From positions 1 through 37,726 of the forward strand of contig DASURM010000171.1 of assembly GCA_036280035.1 (NCBI GenBank): DNA of 37,726 nt, in the 5' to 3' direction. Made by a program: the position numbers and the translations under genes. Origin of the DNA: Burkholderiaceae bacterium (lineage in GTDB: Bacteria; Pseudomonadota; Gammaproteobacteria; Burkholderiales; Burkholderiaceae_C). The notes beneath the pieces are model-generated. The model had not been told where the DNA came from, did no database searches, and saw only the letters and a list, made by a program, of their open reading frames with translations. Each line of letters starts with the position of its first letter. The stretch's first letter is position 1. Shown in pieces: positions 20,501-27,547 of the stretch.

Positions 20501-20578
20501 CGGTGCCCACTCTTCGCAAGGCCCCGCATTGTAGGAAAGCGCACTGGGCGAGAGTGCCCCCGCGGGCGCGGAAGCGAC

Positions 20579-22738
20579 TCAATGGGCTTTCTGCGACGCA
20601 ACGACTCCGCCCACCGAACGCAGCTCATGCGAGACGTTGCCATCGGCGAGCACCACCACCCGATCGGCGCTGGCGATCGTTTCAGGACGGTGGGCGACGA
20701 TCACGCGCGTCAGCTTCAATTGGCGGACGGCCTGATTGACGAGACGCTCACGCTCGACATCGAGCGCGCTCGTCGCCTCATCGAGAAACAAAACGCGCGG
20801 CCGCTTGTAGAGCGCGCGGGCCAGCAGCACGCGCTGCTTCTGGCCTCCCGAGAGCGTGGATCCCATCTCGCCGATCAGCGTGTAGTACCCCATCGGCAAG
20901 GCTGCAATCTCCTCGTGCACTGCCGCCATGCGGGCGCAATCGACCACCCGCTCCATGTCGGGTCGCGGGTCGAAGAAGCTGATGTTGTCGGCAACCGCAC
21001 CTGCAAACAGGGGCTCGTCCTGCATCACTGTGCCGACCATCGCTCGCCATGTCGCCGAGCCCATCGTCTCGAGAGGTCGTCCGCCGATCAACACCTCGCC
21101 CTGCACGGGAGACAGGATGCCCAGCATCAGCTTGATCAGCGTGGTCTTGCCGCAACCCGACGGACCCACGATGGCGATCGATTCGCCCGGCTCGATGCAC
21201 AGGCTCACGTTGCGCAGCACGTCGCCCTCGCTGTCGGAGTAGCGAAAGCCCACGCCCCGCAGCTCGATGCGCGGTGCGGCGGCGTCGCGGTCACCCGACC
21301 GCGACTCGAGGGCCTCGGCGTGCGCTCTCTCCGGCTCGCTGAGCACGATGTCGGCCAGGCGCTCGCCCTGCACCTTGAGCATGCCGAGCTCGGCCCACTT
21401 GTCGATCAGCGCGCCGACGCGTTGCGAGAACTGCTCCTTGTAGGCAACGAACGCGAGCAACATGCCGACCGTCAGGTTCTGGTCCAGCACGAGCGATGCA
21501 CCGATCCAGATCACGAGCACGCGCTCCAATCCGAACAGGCCCCGGTTGGCAACCGCCAGCGTCACCTCGAGGCGGCGCACGACCATGTCGGCATTCATCG
21601 CATCGACCACCAGGTTCATGAAGCGCGAGCGCCGATCGGCCTCGGCCGCGAACAACTTGATCGCCATCACGCCGCGCAACGACTCGAGGAAATGGCTGGT
21701 CTTCTTCGCATCGTGCACCAGCGCTTCCTCCGTCGCGCGGCGCATCGGCGCGAACAGCGCCCAACGCAGCACTGCGTAGACGACGACGAACGCCAGCACC
21801 ACGGCGCTCAACAGCAGGCTGTACAGCGCCATCATCACCAGCGTCGTCACCACCAACGCGCCGTCGAGCAGCACCTCGAGGAAGCTGGTCGTCAGCGTCT
21901 TCTGGATCTGCTGCACGGCGAAGAAGCGCGACCAGATGTCGCCCATGTGTCGCCGCTCGAACCACGCCAGCGGCAGACGCAACAGGTGAGCGAACACGTT
22001 GCCCAGCCACTGCAGGTTGAGGGTGGCCGACAGGTGCAACACCGCCCACGAGCGGATTGCCGCCGCAGCCACCTGGATCGCCACCAGCAGCGCGAACCCG
22101 ATGCCCAGCGTCACCAGCAAGTCGCGATCGGCAGTGACCAGGACGTCGTCGACCACCCACTGCAGGTAGAACGGGCTCAGCAGCACGAAGAACTCGAGCA
22201 CCAGCGCCAGCGCAACGATCTGCCCCAGCGAGCGCCTGAGCCCGACCACCCGCCCCAAGAGCTGGCGCATCGTGATGCGCCGCTGCTCGTCGCGGCGCTC
22301 GAACCCCGCGTCGGGGGTGAGTTCCATCGCCGCGCCCGTGAAATGCCGCGAAAGCCGGGCCCACTTCACCCAGTGCGCGCCACGGGCAGGGTCGTGGATC
22401 AACACCGCGTCGCGGCGCACCTTGACCAGCACGACGAAGTGGTTGAAGTCCCAATGCAGGATCGCAGGCAGCGGCAACTGCTCGAGCTGCTCGGGCTCGG
22501 CACGCACCGCTCTCGTCTGCAGCTTCAACGCGCGCGCCATGGTGGCCAGGTCGGCCATCGTGGCACCCTTGAGCGACAGGTTGAAGCGCTGGCGCAACGC
22601 CGGCAGGTCGACGTGCAGGCCGTGCGAGGCCGCGACCATCGCCAGGCAGGCCAGCCCGCACTCGGCCGCCTCGTTCTGCAGGATCACCGGCGTCCCGGGG
22701 GCGCCGAAGCCGATGCGCAGCGATCGGGCGACGGTCAT
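20579..22738 (-). CDS. Peptidase-containing ABC transporter (PCAT): N-terminal C39 peptidase, TMD and NBD
   Basis: C39 triad candidates are Cys in QNEAAECGLACLAMV, His in WDFNHFVVL and Asp in LIHDPA. Walker A GPSGCGKTTL, signature LSGGQKQRVLLARAL and Walker B LFLDEATSALD are present. The architecture is CvaB/ComA/RaxB-like. Confidence 0.9.
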   Translation of the reverse strand: MTVARSLRIGFGAPGTPVILQNEAAECGLACLAMVAASHGLHVDLPALRQRFNLSLKGATMADLATMARALKLQTRAVRAEPEQLEQLPLPAILHWDFNHFVVLVKVRRDAVLIHDPARGAHWVKWARLSRHFTGAAMELTPDAGFERRDEQRRITMRQLLGRVVGLRRSLGQIVALALVLEFFVLLSPFYLQWVVDDVLVTADRDLLVTLGIGFALLVAIQVAAAAIRSWAVLHLSATLNLQWLGNVFAHLLRLPLAWFERRHMGDIWSRFFAVQQIQKTLTTSFLEVLLDGALVVTTLVMMALYSLLLSAVVLAFVVVYAVLRWALFAPMRRATEEALVHDAKKTSHFLESLRGVMAIKLFAAEADRRSRFMNLVVDAMNADMVVRRLEVTLAVANRGLFGLERVLVIWIGASLVLDQNLTVGMLLAFVAYKEQFSQRVGALIDKWAELGMLKVQGERLADIVLSEPERAHAEALESRSGDRDAAAPRIELRGVGFRYSDSEGDVLRNVSLCIEPGESIAIVGPSGCGKTTLIKLMLGILSPVQGEVLIGGRPLETMGSATWRAMVGTVMQDEPLFAGAVADNISFFDPRPDMERVVDCARMAAVHEEIAALPMGYYTLIGEMGSTLSGGQKQRVLLARALYKRPRVLFLDEATSALDVERERLVNQAVRQLKLTRVIVAHRPETIASADRVVVLADGNVSHELRSVGGVVASQKAH

Positions 22739-22748
22739 GCTCGCGGCC

Positions 22749-23999
22749 TCAGAGACGGCCGGCCACGCCCAGCACCGGTGCGAACAGCCACTCGACGAGG
22801 CGGCGCCGTTCGAGCATCACGTCGGCGTCGAGCTGCATGCCGGCTGCCAGCGGCTGCTCGCGGCCGTACGCCATCACCGATTGCCGCGCCAAGCTCACCG
22901 TCACCCGATACATCGGCTCGTCGGGTTTGACCGCCAGCGGCAACGCGGCCAGCTCGCCGGCTTGCAGCGGCGTGCTCGACACCCGAATCACCGAGCCGAC
23001 CTGGTGGCCGAACTTCTGGTACGGGAATGCGGCCACCCGCATCCGCACCGCCTGCTGCGGGCGGATGAAGCCGAGCGCGCTCGACGGGGCATACAGATGG
23101 GCCTGCAGCCGCGTGTCGGACGGCACCAGGCTGGCGAGCGCGACGTCCGGCGACACGGTTTGCCCGGGCTCGGCCAGCACCGCAGCCAACGTGCCATCCT
23201 GCGGCGCACGAACCAGCAGTTCATGCCTGGCTTCGTTCTCGGCCGACTCCTGGGCCAGCGCCTGCGCCGCGCGTTGCAGCTCGCCGGCGCGTGCCTGCTC
23301 CTGCAGCGGCAACTCGCGGCGCTGGCCTTCGAGCGCGGCGATCTCGCGCTGCAGCGTGTTGCGCTGGCGCTCCAGCGCGACGAGTTGCGCCCGCAGCGCC
23401 AGCACCTCCTCGCCCTTGGTGTTGACCTGGGCGCCCGACACGAAGCGCTCGTCGCGCAGCGACTCCAGCCGCGTCAGCGTCTGCTGTGCCAGCGCAAGTC
23501 GCTGGCGCTGCAGCTCGGTCTCGGTGCCGATCTGCGTCACCTCCTGGCGCAGCCCGGCCAGGCGCTGCGTCAGGGCGGCCTCCTGCTCGCGGCTCAGTCG
23601 CCGGCGCGCCTGCAGAGTCTCGTTCAGGCTCTCCTGGCGCGCGCGCAGGCTGCTTTGCACGCGTTGCTGCGCCGTGCCGTCACCCAGGTGCTGGTCGAGC
23701 GTCAGCACGAACAACACATCGCCGGCATGAACGGCTTGGCCTTGCTGGACGCGCCGCTCGGCCACGGTGGCCAGTTGCGGGGCTACCAGGCGGATCCAGC
23801 CGCGATCGGGCACCAGCACGCCGTGCACATGCGCCTTGCGGGTGTATTCACCCAACGCCAGCCAGGCGCCGACCGCCACCGCGGCGCCGACCAGCACGAT
23901 CACCAGCACCGACAGCGACACCGGGCGCACGAGGCGCACCTCGCCCATCCATTGCTGGCGCTGCGCCTCGAGGGCCTCGTGCCGGAACAACGGCTTCAT
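22749..23999 (-). CDS. HlyD-family secretion adaptor (CvaA/ComB/RaxA-like)
   Basis: N-terminus MKPLFRHEALEAQRQQWMGEV, one TM helix, a long coiled-coil (QRLAGLRQEV...LERQRNTLQREIAALEGQ) and a C-terminal beta-barrel region. It ends 10 nt upstream of the PCAT gene. Confidence 0.85.
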   Translation of the reverse strand: MKPLFRHEALEAQRQQWMGEVRLVRPVSLSVLVIVLVGAAVAVGAWLALGEYTRKAHVHGVLVPDRGWIRLVAPQLATVAERRVQQGQAVHAGDVLFVLTLDQHLGDGTAQQRVQSSLRARQESLNETLQARRRLSREQEAALTQRLAGLRQEVTQIGTETELQRQRLALAQQTLTRLESLRDERFVSGAQVNTKGEEVLALRAQLVALERQRNTLQREIAALEGQRRELPLQEQARAGELQRAAQALAQESAENEARHELLVRAPQDGTLAAVLAEPGQTVSPDVALASLVPSDTRLQAHLYAPSSALGFIRPQQAVRMRVAAFPYQKFGHQVGSVIRVSSTPLQAGELAALPLAVKPDEPMYRVTVSLARQSVMAYGREQPLAAGMQLDADVMLERRRLVEWLFAPVLGVAGRL

Positions 24000-24026
24000 G
24001 GCAAACGCGGCCCCACAAACGCAGAA

Positions 24027-24047
24027 CGGCCCGGTTGTACCGGGCCG
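24027..24047 (-). terminator. Hairpin between the peptide gene and the exporter genes (possible partial terminator)
   Basis: CGGCCCGG-ttgta-CCGGGCCG is a perfect 8-bp stem. On the minus strand it is followed by TTCTGCGTTTGT, which is only moderately U-rich. Confidence 0.35.
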
Positions 24048-24101
24048 CCGACTTGCCGGCCGGAGGGGGGAAGCGCCGGCGCGTCGAGAGAACTCGGGTT
24101 G

Positions 24102-24254
24102 CTACCAGCCGCCGCGCGGCAGGCCCTGGCCGCCGGCGACTTGCGCCAGTTGGCGGGGCTCAAGCGGCTGCAGGGTTTTCTTCGGCTCGATCGCGACGTC
24201 GCGCTTGCCGGCAAACAAGGTCTTGAGCAACGAGGTCTTGCGGGTTTGCTGCAT
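24102..24254 (-). CDS. Double-glycine-leader peptide precursor, 50 aa, predicted 8-aa core QGLPRGGW
   Basis: Sequence MQQTRKTSLLKTLFAGKRDVAIEPKKTLQPLEPRQLAQVAGG/QGLPRGGW. GGAGA lies 5 nt upstream of the ATG and third-position GC is high. The leader has GG at -2/-1, V at -4 and L at -7, -12 and -15. The gene sits directly upstream of HlyD and a C39-ABC gene. Confidence 0.6.
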   Translation of the reverse strand: MQQTRKTSLLKTLFAGKRDVAIEPKKTLQPLEPRQLAQVAGGQGLPRGGW

Positions 24255-24330
24255 GGTGGTCTCCGTTCGGGGTGTCGCGCCTGGCCCATGGCGCATGACG
24301 GAGATTGCAGCAGCGGATGCTCGACCATGA

Positions 24331-24350
24331 AACTGTCAACTCTTACAGGG
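24331..24350. promoter_or_regulatory. lux-box-like inverted repeat upstream of the peptide gene
   Basis: AACTGTCAACTCTTACAGGG has the form CTGT-N8-ACAG and matches the V. fischeri lux box ACCTGTAGGATCGTACAGGT at 14 of 20 positions. A TGCAAT -10-like hexamer (minus strand, 24304-24309) lies about 34 bp from the box centre, which would put the box near -43. Confidence 0.5.
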
Positions 24351-24392
24351 TGACAGCGGCGGCGAATGCGGGCCAAATGTTACGGGCTTGCG

Positions 24393-25103
24393 TCAGCGAA
24401 TCAGGCCCAGCCGCAGAGCCTTGAGTACCGCCTGATGCTTGTTGACGCTGCCGAGCTTGCGCATCGCGTTGTTCAGGTGCAGCACGGCGGTGCGCTCGGT
24501 GATGCCGAGGATCGACCCGACCTCCCAGGCCGTCTTGCCTTCCATCGTCCAGCGCAGCGCCTCCAGCTCGCGCGGCGTCAGCGACGGCCCGTCCTGGCCC
24601 GCGGCCGGCAGCAGCACCCGCAGCGCCGCGTCGAGCGCGTGCACCGCGAACAGCTGCAGGTCGGCCACCACCCGGGTCAGCTCGTGGCGGTCGCTCGGCA
24701 GCGCACGATCACGGTCGACGCCGAGCATGAAGTGTTTGCCCTCGGGCAGATGCAGCGCCATCGCGATGCCGGTCTGATAGCCGTAGCGCGCCTGCTCCTC
24801 CCACAGCTCGCCCTGCCCCTGCGAGGTGTAGGTGCCCTGATCCCAGATGATCGGCAGGCTCTGCCGCTTGCAATGCTGCATCACCGGATCGCGTTGCATG
24901 GCACGCGCGTCGTTGAAGGCACCGCGCCACTCCTGCGGGGTGTTGTCGACGACGACGAACTCGCTGCGCCCGATGCCATGGTCGATCACCGTCACCGCGG
25001 AGACCGTATCGAAGCCCAACGCGCGGCCGAAGCGGACAACCTCCTCGCGGAACTCCTCACGGTTCCTCGCCTGCAGCACCGATGAATAACCGCCTTGCAG
25101 CAT
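24393..25103 (-). CDS. LuxR-family regulator with an N-terminal autoinducer-binding domain (LuxR solo in this window)
   Basis: C-terminal GerE/LuxR HTH LTPRELEALRWTMEGKTAWEVGSILGITERTAVLHLNNAMRKLG. The N-terminal domain shows the TraR-type spacing W-x12-DP-x13-W (EWRGAFNDARAMQRDPVMQHCKRQSLPIIW). Confidence 0.9.
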   Translation of the reverse strand: MLQGGYSSVLQARNREEFREEVVRFGRALGFDTVSAVTVIDHGIGRSEFVVVDNTPQEWRGAFNDARAMQRDPVMQHCKRQSLPIIWDQGTYTSQGQGELWEEQARYGYQTGIAMALHLPEGKHFMLGVDRDRALPSDRHELTRVVADLQLFAVHALDAALRVLLPAAGQDGPSLTPRELEALRWTMEGKTAWEVGSILGITERTAVLHLNNAMRKLGSVNKHQAVLKALRLGLIR

Positions 25104-25140
25104 GTGATCGAGTGCGCACTAGGGCGCTGGGCGCGCGCCG

Positions 25141-25160
25141 ACCTGAAAGGTCTTACAGAT
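25141..25160. promoter_or_regulatory. Second lux-box-like inverted repeat in the luxR / ORF-25218 divergent region
   Basis: ACCTGAAAGGTCTTACAGAT has the form CTG-N10-CAG and matches the lux box at 15 of 20 positions. It shares the 8-mer TCTTACAG and 13 of 20 positions with the box at 24331-24350. Confidence 0.5.
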
Positions 25161-25217
25161 TTCAAACGATTGCCGGTTGCCGAACACTAGTCGACACGGC
25201 AAACAACGAGTCGCATC

Positions 25218-25616
25218 ATGCAAACCAAGACCCACGCCTGTCCCCCCTGGACCCTTCGTGCCTGGCCGCCTCTATTGTGGCAGTTTGACAAGCTGCAGCC
25301 GCTCAGGTTGCGGCACTTGGGCACGCGCGTCACGAACCCCGGCGACCAAGTCTCGCGCACCTCCGGCCAGACCATCTGGGCGGCGGCAGCCGCCGACGGC
25401 CAGGCCGGCATGGCCTGGGACTGGATCCAGTTGTCGGCCGGCGTGGTGGCGATGGCCGACCCGCTGTCGGTGGTCACCAATCTGCACCTGGTCAGCGCCG
25501 ACGGCGACGCACTGAGTCCGCTGGAGTCGCTGCGTCACCTCAATGAAGTCGTGCACACGCTGCGCTGGCAGAACGAAGTCGAGCGCGTGCTCGCGGTCAA
25601 TGCGCAGGCGGCGTAG
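25218..25616 (+). CDS. Hypothetical Trp-rich protein (132 aa), family not recognised
   Basis: Third-position GC stays high across the ORF, most strongly from about 25330. It has 8 Trp in 132 residues and no obvious signal peptide or TM helix. It is divergent from the luxR homologue. The start is uncertain. Confidence 0.5.
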   Translation: MQTKTHACPPWTLRAWPPLLWQFDKLQPLRLRHLGTRVTNPGDQVSRTSGQTIWAAAAADGQAGMAWDWIQLSAGVVAMADPLSVVTNLHLVSADGDALSPLESLRHLNEVVHTLRWQNEVERVLAVNAQAA

Positions 25617-25622
25617 CTGAAC

Positions 25623-26786
25623 TCAACGCGTCGCCGCCAGCCGCAGCCGGCGCGCGACGATGCCCAGACAGAGCGTCGTCCCTGCGACGGCCACCGCCAG
25701 CGGCACCAGCAGATCGGGTGTCGCGAAAGCGTCGCCGCGCAACGCGCGGCCCATCAACGTCACTTGCGCCAGCGCCGGCAGCCACAGGTGCCACGGCCGC
25801 TCGCCGCCGCCGTCGAACAGCGTCACCAGCGGCAGCACCGACACCAGCAGGATCACCACGGTGTTGCTCGCCTGGGCCTCCTTGAAGGTCTTGCAACCGA
25901 TGGCGATGGCCATCATCAGCGCCGACAGCATCGCCGCCAGCGGCAGCAGCAACGCCAGGAACAGGCCGGCCTCGCGCAGGCCGAATCGGAACAGCGCCGC
26001 CAGCGTGTCGCTGCGCATCAGGCTCTGCGCCGGCATGAAGCTGAGGCAACTCAACACGGCGATCAGCATGCCCACGCTGGCTACCGCGGCCCACTTGCCG
26101 ATGACCAGCGCCAGCGGCGACGCCGGGGTCGTCAGCAACGGCTCGAGCGAGCCGCGCTCGCGCTCGCCGGCGGTGGTATCGAGCGCCGCATTGAGTGCGC
26201 CGTACAGCACGGCCATCAGCACGAAGAACGGCAAGATGCCCGTCAGCTGCGCCGCACGAGCGCGCGGGTTCGCGAGATCGCGCTCCTCGATCTGCGCCGG
26301 CTGCAGCAGCGCCGGTGCAACGCCGCGATACACGAGCCGCTGCAACGCCAGCTCCTGGTTGAAGGCCAGCAGCGCGCGCTGCACCCGTCGCACGGAGGCG
26401 GCGGCGCGCGAGTTGGCGCTCGACGTCACCACCTCCAGCAGCGGACGATCACCGCGCGCCAGCGCGGCCTCGAAGTCCGGCGGCACCACCACCACCGGGT
26501 CGGCGAGCCGCCGCTCCACCAGCTGGCGCTCGTAGTCGGCCGGCGCCGGCTTGATCCGCAGGGTCTGACGTTCGAGGAAGTTGCGCAGGCTGGGTGCATG
26601 CTCGATGCCTGCGGCCACGATGTCGCGCGATTCGGCGCGTTCCTCGCTGTTCGCCACCAGCACCGACAGCCCGAACAACAGCACGGGCCCCATCAGCACC
26701 GACGACAGCACCACCGCCAGCAGCGTGCGTCGATCGCGCAACGCGTCGCGCAGCTCCTTGACGAACACGGTCCAGGCGTCGCTCAC
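25623..26786 (-). CDS. ABC-2 type transporter permease (NatB-like)
   Basis: N-terminal TM helix, a large extracytoplasmic loop, the hallmark TAGERERGSLEPLL, and a C-terminal bundle of five TM helices. GTG 26784-26786 overlaps the ATPase stop (GTGA). Confidence 0.85.
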   Translation of the reverse strand: MSDAWTVFVKELRDALRDRRTLLAVVLSSVLMGPVLLFGLSVLVANSEERAESRDIVAAGIEHAPSLRNFLERQTLRIKPAPADYERQLVERRLADPVVVVPPDFEAALARGDRPLLEVVTSSANSRAAASVRRVQRALLAFNQELALQRLVYRGVAPALLQPAQIEERDLANPRARAAQLTGILPFFVLMAVLYGALNAALDTTAGERERGSLEPLLTTPASPLALVIGKWAAVASVGMLIAVLSCLSFMPAQSLMRSDTLAALFRFGLREAGLFLALLLPLAAMLSALMMAIAIGCKTFKEAQASNTVVILLVSVLPLVTLFDGGGERPWHLWLPALAQVTLMGRALRGDAFATPDLLVPLAVAVAGTTLCLGIVARRLRLAATR

Positions 26787-27547
26787 TCGCCAGCCCTGGC
26801 TTCGTCGGCAAAGGCCAGGCTGACGAAGGCCTGCTCGAAGTCGTCGTGCCCGCTCGCCCGGCACAGCTCGCCGACGCTGCCCTCGGCCACCGCGCGCCCG
26901 TGCGCCATCACCACCACGTGATCGCACAGGCGCTGCACCTCCTGCATGATGTGCGTGCAGAACACGATGCACTTGCCGTGCTCGTCGCGCAGCCGGCGCA
27001 GGGCCTGGCGCAACCCGCGGATCGACTGCACGTCGAGCCCGTTGGTCGGCTCGTCGAGCACGATGTTCGGCGGGTCGTGCACGAGCGCGCGCGCCAGCGC
27101 GGTTTTCATGCGCTCGCCCTGGCTGAAGCCGACCGTGCGCCGGTCGAGCAGCGGCTCGAAGTCGAGCGTGCGCGCCAGCGCCAGCGCCCGCGCATCGGCA
27201 GCGTCGCGGGCGATGCCGTGCAGGTGCGCGTGGTAGACGATGTTCTCGCGCGCCGTCAGCCGCGGATACAGGCCGCGCGCATCGGACAGCACGCCCAGCC
27301 GCGCCAGCGCGTCGCGCGGCCGAGCGACCACGTCGATGCCATCGACCTCGATGCGGCCTTCGTCGGGCGGCAGCAACGCCGCCACCATGCGCAGCAGGGT
27401 CGTCTTGCCGGCACCGTTGGGGCCGAGCACCGCGGTGATGCGGCCATCGGCGGCCGAGAGCGTCACGCCCCGCACCGCGTCGACCACACGCCTGGCGCGC
27501 CCACGTCCCTGCACGAAGCGCTTGTGCAGTCGGTCCACCCGGATCAT
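26783..27547 (-). CDS. ABC transporter ATP-binding protein (NatA-like)
   Basis: Walker A GPNGAGKTTLL, signature FSQGERMKTALARAL and Walker B IVLDEPTNGLD. ATG 27545-27547 overlaps the upstream stop (ATGA). Confidence 0.9.
   Translation of the reverse strand: MIRVDRLHKRFVQGRGRARRVVDAVRGVTLSAADGRITAVLGPNGAGKTTLLRMVAALLPPDEGRIEVDGIDVVARPRDALARLGVLSDARGLYPRLTARENIVYHAHLHGIARDAADARALALARTLDFEPLLDRRTVGFSQGERMKTALARALVHDPPNIVLDEPTNGLDVQSIRGLRQALRRLRDEHGKCIVFCTHIMQEVQRLCDHVVVMAHGRAVAEGSVGELCRASGHDDFEQAFVSLAFADEARAGE

Noticed and set aside
20501-20578. Possible weak terminator (GCACT-N7-AGTGC) and TACAAT -10 element for mnmG downstream of the PCAT gene
   Set aside because: The stem is short, there is no clear U-tract and the -35 is poor. 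It is plausible but not supportable from sequence alone.
24102-24125. The second Gly-Gly (PRGG/W) as the C39 cleavage site
   Set aside because: It lacks the upstream hydrophobic -4/-7/-12 pattern and would release a single Trp. The QVAGG site fits the leader consensus.
24255-24296. A longer 64-aa version of the peptide ORF starting at 24296 (MRHGPGATPRTETT...)
   Set aside because: There is no ribosome-binding site at that start, whereas the internal ATG at 24254 has GGAGA at 5-nt spacing. The extension would also sit where the putative lux-box-dependent promoter predicts the 5' UTR.
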